This document shows positions 44,061 to 56,514 of a DNA stretch of 64,000 nt, piece after piece (within the stretch, counting starts at the first letter, position 1; every line of letters begins with the position of its first letter). Source of the stretch: the human T2T-CHM13v2.0 reference genome, Homo sapiens. Under the pieces are notes generated by a model. It had not been told where the DNA came from. It saw only the letters and a program-made list of their open reading frames with translations, and searched no databases. The stretch lies in the NCBI RefSeq assembly GCF_009914755.1, contig NC_060946.1. One strand, written 5' to 3'. The position numbers were made by a program, and so were the translations under genes.

Positions 44061-47000
44061 CTGGAAGACAAGTGCAGAGAGCAGAGCAGCCCATCAGAGG
44101 CGGGGCCTTTTACTGGACACGACCCCAGGCTGGGCACACGCTGAGGACTTTTTACACACGGCCTTCCTTACTTAATGCTCACAAGGCTGACATCAGCCTT
44201 GTCCAGAAATAACACTAAGAGGTTAAGAAATCGCCCAAGTGTGCTCAGCTCTCACGTGGAGATCTTGAATTCAAACCCTGGTCCTCCAGGGAATTGGGTT
44301 GCAGACATGAGGTCTTAATAGAGGTGTGGTTAAGTTTTAACAGGAGCAAGAAGTAAAAAACATATTTCAGAACATGGTTCTTGTGAGGAGCAAGACCTAA
44401 TGGGCTCCTCTTTCCCTTCCTGCTGCCTGTCAGCTGGCGTCTGGGCTGGCCCTTGGGAGCGCAGGGAGGCCCCTCTGGTCTCCAGATGGCCCTGCACTGG
44501 GCAGGGAGCCCGCTTCATCACAGGCAAGATTCCGTCATGCCTGCCATACCCTGCCCCATTATTTTACCACGCCTGACAGCGGAATGTCACTGATGTGGCT
44601 AACCGTCTTGAGGGGGCCATTCCCCGGCCCCCCACCCCTGCCACTTTCTCCCCAAGAGATGAGGCTCCTCGTCTTCTCAATCACAGCCCTGAGCTGTCAC
44701 CTAGAGGTGCCTTGGTCCCATTAGGAAGATGCTGGAGGCTGTTTCCTCTCTGGAAGGTTTGTAAAGCAAATTCCCGCATTAAAGCCTCTAAAAAGTCCTA
44801 CAGTGAAAAGATGATTTAATTTCTTTATTGCAGCACTTCGGAAACCTTAAAAGAAAATGTTCTCTGACCGCTGGTGTGGGAGTCAGCTGGTGTGGGCGCC
44901 AGCTCCTCCCTGGGTCCCCACAGTGCGCTGACTCCTGCAGCAGCGGTTGCAGGTCTGATTCTGGCCTCGCACTGCCTTCCACAGGCAGGGGTGTGGTGCA
45001 TCCCGGGCGCAGGGCTTGACTCAAGAGTCAGAGGAACAGTTATTAGAGAATGAGCCAAGGAATACAGAGCTCCCTTTCCCTTGCCCTGCCACCAAGAACT
45101 CCATTTCAAAGAAAAAGGGTAGCAATGGAGAAAGAGTGAAGAAACCTGGCTCTCAGAAGAGATGCCGCAAGAAGGACACAGCTGGCTTAAAGTCAGCCTG
45201 CTGGAGCGTTCAGCAGAATCCTCGTGGGGCAGCTCACTGCGGCGTGACGTCCATCTCAGAGGAAGGGGCGTTTCTGCCAGGCTACATCCAGCAACATGTC
45301 ACAGGACACTTGCTGGTTATGAAACCCAGCAGGGATCAGGCAGAACGCCCAGGTCAGCTGGCAGGAACGGCCCACTTCACCTCTCTGAGCCACACATTCC
45401 CCATCTGGAACTAGCGACAGGGCCGCAGCAAGAGGCCGCACACCACGGCACGGAGCCAGCGTGTTGGGGTCGTGCCTCCACATGGGCAGGTACTAGCTGG
45501 CCACACGGTTGCAGTCAGGGCACCCCGTGACTGGTGAGAACACCCTGCAAGATGACTGAGGATGAAGTGGGAATATACCCGGGGTGCCTGGCACAGTGCC
45601 CGGCTCGTGGGAAAGGGCCACTGTAATTGCGGTGCAGTGGAGCGCAGGCAGTGAGCGCTCTGGCAGGAAGCATTCCCTCTCAACCCCAGGGTGAGAACAC
45701 ATGGACCCACACCACAGTCCTGGAGACAACCATGCTCACTCGGGGCTAGTTTTCTGGAGTAAGATGTAAACAATATTAATTCCTAAAAATGTGACTTGAC
45801 CTCCATTAAAACAAGCCATTACTGAGGTTCCTAAAAAAAGAATAAACCCATGCCAATTAGAAGGCGAAACGCTGACTGTCCCAGGGATGCCATTGAGTCA
45901 CAGACCGGCTTTGATAGAAAATGAAGTCCCAGCACTGACCCCGGCAGCTCTTAAAGTTCCAGGCAGGGCTGGTGGCCTTGACCCTGACGGACTGAAAGCA
46001 ACAGGTCTGACCACTTTCACTGGGGAGCCTGGAAGGCAGAGAAGGATGAACTTCCCTTTAAGGGCTTGGAGTAAAGTGTGTGTTTGGACCTTAAAACTTC
46101 AGTCCATCATTGCTGAGGAAACTGAAGCTCCAGGAAGAAACTGCTGACCCGGCAGCTGCCCCCGAGATGTGTGGGCAGCTGGCCAGCTGGGCGCTTTCCC
46201 TATTCACCTTCTCATGTTGGGGCCTCAGTGGCCCTGGGCAGTGCATGTTCAATGCTATGTCATTGGTGGCAAAATAGTGACCAGCTGACAAATGCACACC
46301 CAGGACCCCAGAAATTCCACTCCTGGGTATGGGCCCGATAAGCACAAGTGCTGACGTCCACCAAGACTCCAGAACGTCCACGGAGGCTTTATTCATGACC
46401 ACCCCAAAGTGAAAATGGCCTCCACGCCCGGCAACACTGGATGGATGAAGCGGTGGCACATTCGTGCTGCAACGGAGCACCGACCACAGCACAGGAAAGA
46501 ACAGAGCTCCGCGCCACGCAGGTGGAGGAGCCTCGCCATCTGCGCAGAAGCCAGACAGCAAAACCCATGCGAGTTCCACACCTGACAGGTTCCAAAGAGG
46601 CAACGCCAAGCTCCGGTGAGGGAGATGAAACCGCGGTGGCCTCTGGGAAGCAGGGGTATCAACTGCAAGAAGCTGGAATGTTCTGGATCTGGAAGGTGGC
46701 TGCCCAGATGTGACAGGTAAAAGGCTGTCAAGCCCCACGTGTGTGCCAAGTACACCTCACTGTGCATGACACCACCACAAAAAGGTACACACCAGGCGGG
46801 CCCGTGCCAGGCCTGCACGTAGGTGATGCTCACACAGTCCTCCCAGCCACACAGTGACGGGGGTGCTGTCACCTCCCCACTTTACAGAGGCTTGGGGTGG
46901 TCAGGACTTTGGCCTGAGCAGCCAGCATCCAGAGCCCACGTTGTTCCCCAGCACCACAGGAAACCACGGCCGACGGCTTCACAGAGGTCAGCGGCAGGAC

Positions 47001-47413
47001 CAGGGTTCCAACCTGCTTGGGCTACACCTTCATCTCTACCACACCGTCCTCTGGGCGTGAGCAGGGACCCTAAATGTGGCTCTGTGTCAAGTTGTGTGGA
47101 CAAGAGGCAGACAGGTGGAGGCCCATGTAGAGTCAGACAGGCTCACCCAGCAGTCGGCTCCATGGCGCGTGTGACCTTAGACCGCCACATGACCTTGCTC
47201 TTTCCTCACCATAACACAGAGCCATGGTGAGGACCCATGTGGGGAACCGACAGCATGCGCCAGCCGGCAGCAGACCTGCAGACGGGGTCCTTCCTGCACA
47301 TCGAGCAAGCCCCGAAAGGCCACGCTCCTGCGAAGGCCGACCTGGCCCGTGCTGACCACAGGCCCCAGTGTGTGAGCACAAAGCAACCCAAGAACAACTG
47401 CAGGAAACGCAAG

Positions 47414-47575
47414 GCACACCCCCACACCCCAGGATCACAGTGCACACACCCCCACCCCGGGGCTACAACGCACACACCCCCACCCCAGGATCACAGTGCA
47501 CACACCACCCGCCCCAGGGCCACAACAAACACCCCACCACCCCAGGGCCACAAGGCACAGCCCCCACCCCAGCGC
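47414..47575. repeat. Degenerate ~28-bp tandem repeat (~6 copies)
   Basis: Unit approximately GCACACACCCCCACCCCAGGATCACAGT. Confidence 0.75.
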
Positions 47576-48501
47576 CATAGGGGACCTCGTGTGGCTCTGT
47601 TCACAGCCAGGTCTGGCGTCTTCCTGCAGGTGTGGGGAAAGTACAAGGCTGGCCTTCCTACCCCTGGGCTTTCTGACCTCCAACTCCAGCACTGGCTCAC
47701 CCTCCCCAGCACCCAGCTCTCCTGTCTGTCTCCCAGCAGACCTCCTCCCCATCCCAGCTCCCACCCACTGCTACTCAACCTAAACCTGCTTGTCTGTCAG
47801 CCACTGACACTAGCAGCCCCACAGGCTGGCCTTGTCTGTCCCCTACATCGACATGGTTTCCAGCTGGCACTCAGGCCTCTGCCCCACAGGAGCAACCTCA
47901 CAGTCCACATCTGCACCCCATCGTCTCTCCTCTTTCCCATGGGCCAGGCCACAGGTGTCTCCTGCCTGTCCTGCCCCTGCCACCAGAAGCCCCTCTGCCT
48001 AGGCTCCAGCCCCAAGCCCTGCCTCTGCCTGGACTAAGACCTTGTCCCATTAGTTCTTTTCAACCCCTCCCCCAGCTCCTGCTTTCTCCCAACACCTAGA
48101 AAATGCTCAGTCTCTTCTGTGGTGACCCAGGCTCCCCAAGCTACCAGCTGCCTCGTGTCTCACTGCAGACAGTGGCCTCTCCTCAACGTCCCATCAACCA
48201 CCACTGTAAAGCACTCCAAAGGCCCCCTGATAAGCCAAGCCCCAGTCCCCTCCCCACACCCGCCTTCCTGGGTCCCTCAGCCTCGCACGGCATGGCTGCC
48301 CTGCCACACCTCAGGCTTTGACAGGCTGCTCCCCACACCCCCAAGCCCCCTTCCAGCCCACAGACTGTCCCGCCCCCTCCTCTGTCCCTCCTCAGACCCC
48401 TCCTCCTCCTCCCACACGCCCACTGTAAAGGGCTCCTGCGTCAGGAGCTGCCAGGCCGAGGGCCAGGGCACCCCGAGGACAGCTGCTCCGGCAGCACTCA
48501 C

Positions 48502-48596
48502 CCGATGCATGTCTTCATACTTGAGAAAAAGCACGTTCGAGTCCATGCGGTGCTCCCAGAACTCCTGCACGTGCTCAAACCAGGAGCCGTAGCCCA
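48502..48596 (-). CDS. SULT4A1: SULT4A1 exon 5 (95 nt)
   Basis: CCGCAG|TG...CGG|GTGAGT; (L)GYGSWFEHVQEFWEHRMDSNVLFLKYEDMHR. Confidence 0.97.
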
Positions 48597-49130
48597 CTGC
48601 GGAGACAGGGGACAGGGTGAGCCACACGGCTGGGCAGGAGAAGCGCACACATGGGGCCATCCCCACCCCACAGGGCTGCCCTCCTGCCACCCAGCAGCCG
48701 TGATGAGGACATCGTGATCCCTGCGGACAAGTCTGGCAAAGGCCCCCGAGGCACTCACGTCTTGAGCCATCCCAGCCCTCCCGCCTTCGGCACGCCTTGA
48801 AGGCCTGACCATGGGGGTGACAGCCTCTGAGAAGGTGGTCCCTGTGGTACCTGGCAGTGGACCGCAACAGTGCCCGTTACTTTATCCGCTTAACAAGTGG
48901 TCACCAGGAAGCCCTGGAACAAAGCCCAGAAGAACTGGGACAGGGGCCGCTAGGGTTGCTAGTGGGGACAGGGTGGGGTATAGGAAGCTGTAGGACAGAT
49001 CCAGAACACGGGGCCCTGCTGGGCAAGAGGGCGACAGGCAGTAGCCTCAGTAAATCGAGGAACTCTCCATGGGACCTGAAAGCTGAAGACGGGCAGGGAG
49101 TCCTGTCCTGACCTCCAAGAGGCCGGCACT

Positions 49131-49746
49131 CCCGCACCCACACCGCGGCCCTGTGCTTCCCGCGCCCCCACCGCGTCCCTGTGCTTCCCGCGCCCCCACC
49201 GCGGCCCTGAGCTTCCCGCGCCCCCACCGCGGCCCTGAGCTTCCCGCGCCCCCACCGCTGCCCTGAGCTTCCCGCAGCCACACCGCGGCCCTGTGCTTCC
49301 CGCGCCCCCACCGCGTCCCTGTGCTTCCCGCGCCCCCACCGCGGCCCTGAGCTTCCCGCGCCCCCACCGCGGCCCTGAGCTTCCCGCGCCCCCACCGCTG
49401 CCCTGAGCTTCCCGCAGCCACACCGCGGCCCTGAGCTTCCCGCGCCCCCACCGCGTCCCTGTGCTTCCCGCGCCCCCACCGCGGCCCTGAGCTTCCCGCG
49501 CCCCCACCGCGTCCCTGTGCTTCCCGCGCCCCCACCGCGGCCCTGAGCTTCCCGCGCCCCCACCGCTGCCCTGAGCTTCCCGCACCCACACCGCGGCCCT
49601 GTGCTTCCCGCGCCCCCACCGCGTCCCTGTGCTTCCCGCGCCCCCACCGCGGCCCTGAGCTTCCCGCGCCCCCACCGCTGCCCTGAGCTTCCCGCAGCCA
49701 CACCGCAGCCCTGAGCTTCCCGCGCCCCCACCGCAGCCCTGAGCTT
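49131..49746. repeat. 28-bp GC/CpG-rich minisatellite, 22 copies
   Basis: Consensus CCCGCGCCCCCACCGCGGCCCTGAGCTT, exact 28-bp period. Confidence 0.98.
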
Positions 49747-50690
49747 CCTGCGTGGCCTGCGCTGCCTCAGAGCCCTTGGTGTGGGGTGGGGCACACAGGC
49801 AGGGACCAACTCATGGAGTCTCCAGCCTGCTTTGCAGTGTTCTTTATAAAAGCTATGGATCCTCCCCTGCCTGCCACATGCCGTGCCCACCACTGTGACG
49901 GTTTCTTCCACGGGGACCTCCATACGACAGAGAGCAAGGCGTCAGTTAAGGATCACTGGGCAGTCGGGGGCTGGCGGTGCTAAGCAGCAGGAAGCAGCCC
50001 AGCTGGATGAGGAGCGCTGGCTGTAGAGACTCCTCTGCTGGGCCCTGCCACCCGGCAGGATTCCCACGGAGGAGCTGCACCCACATCCCACCAAAACCTC
50101 CAATTTCTGCAGAATAAAGCTGAGTCCCAGAGAAGGGAAGAGACTTGCCCAAGTCACCAACAGGTCAATAATCATGGGGGCCCAGACAGGGAAGCCCAAG
50201 TGGCCCGACTGCAGCCCATCATCGGTAGCTAAGTCCAAGCAGATGAGTCCCTGGGGCAGAAGGAAGAGTCAAATGGCCCTGTGAACACGGAAGGTAAAGA
50301 AAAACCCCACTTCATTCCAAGGAAGCATGTAGCAAGATGTCAAAAACAGACATCCCGGTGACATGGAGTTGCAGGGGGAAATAGTGTGAGGACTCTGGAA
50401 GGAGCAAGGCATGAAGGACTGCACGTGTGGTCCTGCGCTGATGTGAGGAGCAAGTGCACGGAGTCCCCACAGCAGGAGGGGGGACGGGAATGAGCTGTAG
50501 GTTGCTGGGTGGAGAGCCTTCCCACCGGAATGCCTGAGAGGAGGCGAGGACGCCGGGCCCCTCCACGCTTTTCCCTGGGCTCCACGCTGCTCTGTGAAAG
50601 GGAAGGGAATCATCCATCTGGAATATGAAGGAAGAATAACAAAACCTCACTGTCCACCCCAGAGAAGACACGGTCACAGAGGCTGCATGC

Positions 50691-51540
50691 CACACTGCGG
50701 GTGCCACAGGGAGCCTGTCTACACAGCGTCCTCACACTGCAGGTGCCACAGGGAGCCTGCCTACACAGCGTCCTCCGACTGCAGGTGCCACAGGGACCCT
50801 GTCCACACAGCGTCCTCCAACTGCAGGTGCCACAGGGAGCCTGTCTACACAGCGTCCTCCAACTGCAGGTGCCACAGGGACCCTGTCTACACAGCGTCCT
50901 CACACTGCAGGTGCCACAGGGACCCTGTCTACACAGCGTCCTCCAACTGCAGGTGCCACAGGGACCCTGTCTACACAGCGTCCTCACACTGCAGGTGCCA
51001 CAGGGACCCTGTCTACACAGCGTCCTCACACTGCAGGTGCCACAGGGATCCTGTCTACACAGCGTCCTCCAACTGCAGGTGCCACAGGGAGCCTGCCTAC
51101 ACAGCGTCCTCACACTGCAGGTGCCACAGGGATCCTGTCTACACAGCGTCCTCCAACTGCAGGTGCCACAGGGACCCTGTCTACACAGCGTCCTCACACT
51201 GCAGGTGCCACAGGGATCCTGTCTACACAGCGTCCTCCAACTGCAGGTGCCACAGGGAGCCTGTCTACACATCAAACTGAAGGCTCCACAGGGACCCAGT
51301 CTACACAGCATCCTCACACTGCAGGTGCCACAGGGACCCTGTCTACACAGCGTCCTCACACTGCAGGTGCCACAGGGACCCAGTCTACACAGCGTCCTCA
51401 CACTGCAGGTGCCACAGGGACCCAGCCTACACAGCGTCCTGACACTGCAGGTGCCACAGGGAGCCTGTCTACACAGCGTCCGCACACTGCAGGTGTCACA
51501 GGAAGCCTGTCACGGGGCATCCTCACACTGCAGGTGTCAC
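50691..51540. repeat. 42-bp minisatellite, ~20 copies
   Basis: Consensus CTGCAGGTGCCACAGGGACCCTGTCTACACAGCGTCCTCACA; one 36-bp unit at 51241. Confidence 0.98.
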
Positions 51541-52895
51541 CTGCCTCCAGGGCCCTTTGCCCTCCAGCCTCGCAGAGCTGGTCACCAGCCTCACGCGTGG
51601 TTGTTTATGCAGGACCCTCCTGCTGTTGCCCTGTGCTGTGGCCTCTGATCCTGGCCTGTCTGGACATGGTGTGCTTTCAGGGTTCCCGTGCATATTAGTT
51701 TCCACCGTCTTCAGGACATCAGGGAGGGGGTCCAGCGGTCCTCAGTATGTGCGTGCTCACTGAGTGACAATGAAGGACGGAGCACAGGGGTGCTGAGTGG
51801 GCCTGTCTACAGGGTTTGCTGGGACCAAGGCACGTGTGTGGGACCTTGCACTCAGTGGAGGATGGGTCTGTGACTGTGGTGACATGGAGAGGCCTATATT
51901 AAGAGAACTGTTAACTGCTCTGGCCTGAGCAAGATGTTTGTAGCCTCTTCCACGTGCTGGTCTGAATGTGGGTGTTGTCCCCATGCTCTGCAGAGAGCAG
52001 AGTCCATGCTGGACCCTAGGAAACAGCTTCAGAAGTCCATGAGTGGGTTGCTCCAAATGCCTGGTGGACCACAAGAGCAGGTGCCAGGGCCAAGAGGCCA
52101 TGGGAAGAGGGGCTGGACAGAAGGCCCGGAGCAGGCTCAGGGGGCTTCAGGGTGCGGTCTGGGGCCTCCTACCCCTTGCAGGCAGGGCCACTTCTCAGCA
52201 GGCACAGTGGAAGCAGAGGCTCAAGGGCAGGAAACAGAATCATCCCAGGGCTTTGAGGCCCTCGTGGGTTTTCAAACTGCAAGCAACAGAGTCAGCCTGT
52301 GGCGCCCTGCACCGCCCCGCCAAGAGGTCCCCTTCAACCAGGCCTGGCAGCAGCTCTAGGTCCACTGCCCTAAGTTCCACTTAAACTCGAGGGCATTACG
52401 TTCCAGGATCTCTGCTACATGATTCATCCTCATCCTGTCACATAAGCCCCCTGCAGAGCCCCCGATAAGCCACACTGAACAATGCGGCTCAGCATCACTT
52501 CCGTTGGGAAATAAAACAGAAAGTGTATTTTCAGCCTTGGGTAGGGAAGAGTCTCAGTGTAGATTTAATTAAAGTGCAGCTATTATGACACATTTCAAAG
52601 CTCCTCTGCCTGCACACCCTACACTGCCCACTTTCTGTCCCAGGACCTCCCAAAGCCATGGCTGGCCATGGGGAGCCCCCTCAGGAAGGCAGGAACAGAA
52701 CTGCACTGAGGAGCTCTGCCACCACTCCCAAGGGAAAGGTAGCCCAGCGGGGCAAGAGAGTAAGGACTGGGAGCGAGTGGGACCGAGACAAGAGGCCTGG
52801 TCCCGCCTTCCTTGAGAGCAGGGCAGGGTGGAACCCAGCCTCGCTCCTCCTCAGGGGCTGGAATGGAAGCCAGAGAACAGCACATGGCACTCTCG

Positions 52896-53038
52896 GCCCG
52901 GCTGTCCTCCTCCCTGCGGGCACAAGTGTGCCCTGCCCCGGAGGCTTGCCTGTGCCTGAGGTTCAGCCCGGCTGTCCTCCTCCCAGCGGGCACAAGTGTG
53001 CCCTGCCCCAGTAGCTTGCCTGTGCCTGAGGTTCAGCC
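52896..53038. repeat. 70-bp tandem duplication (2 copies)
   Basis: 52896-52965 vs 52966-53035 with a few mismatches. Confidence 0.92.
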
Positions 53039-53448
53039 AAAGGCCCATGCCTGTCACACTTAGCTCCAGTCTCCACTCCAGGCCCTATCACTAACAGTAG
53101 TGATACCTGGGCCTCCATTTTTACTGTTTTCATTCTCTCCCTGTTTGAAACCCAGGTAGGAAGGATGGATGTTTTAACTGGGGAACTTCTCAGACACCCC
53201 GACAGTGTGGTAGAAGAGAAGGGCTCTGGGTTCAGATGGACCTGCTCTGACACACACCAGCTCTAGGATCTCGGCCACGTTCACGACCCTCGGCCTCAGT
53301 GTCTTCATCTGTAAAGTGACCGCGGGCCTGACCTACATGGTCACTGTCAGAACTGGAGACCGTGTCGGGGAAGCACCCAGCACCTGCCAGGCCGTCCACG
53401 ACAACAGACGGCTCCGGTTCTAACATGCCGCCAGGCTGCAACACTCAC

Positions 53449-53575
53449 GCTTATCATTCATAAACCTCCGGCAGAATTCTTGAAAGGTGCCTCGGTAGCT
53501 CATGGTCCGCAGAGAGCGGTGGAACTGATAATAAGACACCACCAGATCCTTGGGGTTGCGAGCCATATAGATGAC
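53449..53575 (-). CDS. SULT4A1: SULT4A1 exon 4 (127 nt)
   Basis: CACAG|GTC...AAGC|GTGAGT; VIYMARNPKDLVVSYYQFHRSLRTMSYRGTFQEFCRRFMNDK with the SULT RNPKDxxVS motif. Confidence 0.97.
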
Positions 53576-53893
53576 CTGTGGGTGACAGGAGCAGGATGAG
53601 TCCGTGTCTCCTTCCCTCCCAGGCAGGGCTGCCCCGACACAGGCCAGCCTCCCTGAACCTGCTGGTGCACCTCACAAACCAACACCTGCTTCCAGCGTCC
53701 AGCTGGGGCCCATGTGCACGGCTGCTGGGTGCTGCTGCTTCGCTGTTTCAGCAGAAAGGTGCCCTGTCCATGCAGTAGAGCTGGCCAGGAAAATTACTTG
53801 AGCATTTTATTTCTGTCCTCTAGAACTACTTTAAAATCTGCAGAAGACAAAAAACTTACAACCCTGATCCTGGTGGTAAGAACACAGGCCTCT

Positions 53894-54200
<307 letters not shown>

Positions 54201-54526
54201 CCACAGGCCTTGGCATTTGATGCAATTGAAAAACAAAGAGAATTCGGCCCAAAGCAGGTACACGCCTGCTGGCCTGCTTTGGATTAGGCTGGCCACAGCC
54301 ATGTTTGACTGTGAGGTAAAAACCAACCCGTCGTTAAAAACTTGGGTAAAATGCTAGAGACGCATGACCCAAGACCACCTCAGAAGGGATCTTCACGTGT
54401 GGGCTCCTTGGGAAGACAGCCCCCAAGGCCAGGTAAGTGCCAGGGACCTGCATGTGTATTGCACAGGGACCTTGGGCTCCTCTTGGTGGGGACTCATCTC
54501 GGGAGGCAGAGGAGGTGCCAGCTTAC

Positions 54527-54607
54527 CTTGGAGTCTCCATTGTGGAGGTCAGAGGGCAGAAAGCGGTAGGGCAGGTGGCTCTTGATGAGGCGGGGAGAGG
54601 TCAGTTC
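54527..54607 (-). CDS. SULT4A1: SULT4A1 exon 3 (81 nt)
   Basis: ACGCAG|GAA...AAG|GTAAGC; ELTSPRLIKSHLPYRFLPSDLHNGDSK with the KSHLP catalytic-His motif. Confidence 0.97.
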
Positions 54608-56383
54608 CTGCGTGGAGTCAGAGGGAGAGGCAGGTCAGAGGAAAGGGTGAGACCAAGGGGAGGAGTGGGGCCAAGGGGAAGGGGGCCAGAGGAGGAAGGA
54701 AGGGGTGGGGTTCAGGGGAAGTGGAGTTATCAGAGGGAACGGCGGGTCTAGGGTAGCGGAGGGGTCAGGAGAGCGTCAGGTAAGAGGGAGGGGTGAGGCC
54801 AGAGGGAGGGGTAAGGCCAGGAGCAGGGGGACCAGAGGACGAGGGAAGGGGTGGGGGCCAGGGGAGAACGGTAGGGGTCAGAGGGAAAGGTGAGGCCAGG
54901 AGTAGGGAGGGGTCAGAGCAAGAGGAGGCAAGGCTGTCATGCCCTGGTCTCCTGTCCTGGAGAGAGTCTCGGACCCAGCCAGGACAGCCTCCCTTGTCAC
55001 CTGAGACAAAGATTGGAGACATGAGCACACCCCGGCTGGACCCTGGCGGTAGAGACAAGGGTCCTTGACTTTGGCCTGGGGAGTCCACCCATCATAGCCA
55101 CAGCCACAGGATCTGCTCAGGGGGCCTGGGAGCTACTGCCCCGGCTTGGAGTGGCGTCGGAGGGCAGCAGAGGCAGCAGGAGGCACCAGCCCCAGTGGGT
55201 GCTGCCAGGCTGGCGCTGGACCGCACAGCAACCTGGCCTGATGCGCTCACTGCTTCCACCTGCCCCTCGGGCCTTCCCATCAGCAGCCAGGGTTGTCCTG
55301 TAAAGCAGCCAGCACCGTGCTCTCTGCTCAGAGCCCGTCTTCCCAGCTGCCCTAGGAATGGGCCCAGCCCTCATGAAGCCAAAGAGCCCGGAACCGTTGC
55401 CTGCAACCCCCAGGCTTGCCTACTGCTCTGGAAGGCCAGGCCCCTCGTGCCGTGGGGTCTTTGCTCACGGGTCCCTCTGCTCCTCTCCTCTTTCAGGACC
55501 TGCCTCAGACATCCCCAGAGGAGACTGCTGGTCCCCCCCTGATCTGCTCCCCTCCCAGCGCTGATCGCTGGCTAGCTACTATGGCTTCCTGGGCTGAAAG
55601 GCCGGGCCTGATGCTGTCAGTCACTGCTGCCCCCAATGCCAAGAGCAGTGCCTTGAACGCGGTGGCCCTCGGCACGGCAGTACGGAACGACTCCCAGATG
55701 GTTCCGCACGGACAAGGAGAGCAAAATGGCCGTTCAGGCCCGAGAGGCTGGGGTGCAGACAGGGGCCCTGGAGGGCCACAGGGGTCTTGTGCCATGGGGA
55801 GGGATGGCACTCTCAGAGCATGACACAGGGTGGGATGGCACTCTCAGAGCTGGGTTTTGGAATGCTGCTCCAGAGGGAGGAGGACAGGTGTGGTGGAGGC
55901 TGCAGTTCTGGCCCATTCAGGTGTGAGGCTGGAACTAAAGAGGTGCAGCGGACGGGGTGGGGGTGCCTGTGGGTGTGTCTGAGGGGTGCGGGGAGCAGGG
56001 CTCTGGGGTAACATTTATTCATTCTTGATACCAAATATTTGATGCAAACACATCCTACCCAGCTCCCTCAGAGGAGGGCCCCCAGGGGAAAGCGAGGGGG
56101 AGGCCCAGGGCCTGCTCCCCACAAATGGCCCCTCAGCCCTGTGCCCCCCAGGCATTGACTTCCTTTCCACTTCACAGACTCCCTGACGCTGATGTGTCAC
56201 CCACGCCCTCATCGGGTTCCAGGTCACTGCCAGCTCAGGCCTGCCAGCTTCTCCCCTGGCTATCTGGGGCTATCTGCTCTCCCCTAATCCACAGAGCCCC
56301 CAGGAGCAACTGTCAATCATCAGGGTGTAACGGTAGAAATACCCTAAAGAGGTGCTGGGACAGGTGCTGCTGGCCCTGGGTAC

Positions 56384-56514
56384 CTTGATGATGTCCAGGC
56401 CCGGCTGTGGGTACTCCAGGACCGGGAGCTGCTCGTCGATGTTCATCAAGCCGATCTCATCGGGGTCAGCGCCCTGGCTCACCAAGTAGACCACCTCCTG
56501 CAGCAAGCTGGTGC
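56384..56514 (-). CDS. SULT4A1: SULT4A1 exon 2 (131 nt)
   Basis: CTCCAG|GC...AAG|GTACCC; (G)TSLLQEVVYLVSQGADPDEIGLMNIDEQLPVLEYPQPGLDIIK. Confidence 0.97.

Noticed and set aside
47237-48037. 266-aa plus-strand ORF antisense to SULT4A1
   Set aside because: C-rich low-complexity sequence spanning a degenerate repeat; no domain recognised; long ORFs are expected at this GC content
48466-48490. Possible REST/RE1 site (GGGCACC-CCGA-GGACAGC) beside the exon 5 donor
   Set aside because: Left half-site is mismatched and spacing is non-canonical; too weak without ChIP data
48901-49923. 340, 238 and 218 aa Gly/Arg/Ala-rich ORFs
   Set aside because: They are translations of the 28-bp minisatellite; the unit is not a multiple of 3, so all frames give the same cyclic peptide, and the region is intronic
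50691-51540. CRISPR-like look (regular repeats with an internal palindrome)
   Set aside because: No unique spacers, no cas genes, mammalian intron
50594-51648. Long Cys/His-rich ORFs resembling a metal-binding or keratin-associated repeat protein
   Set aside because: They coincide with the 42-bp VNTR, are open on both strands, use non-ATG starts and have no promoter or poly(A) context
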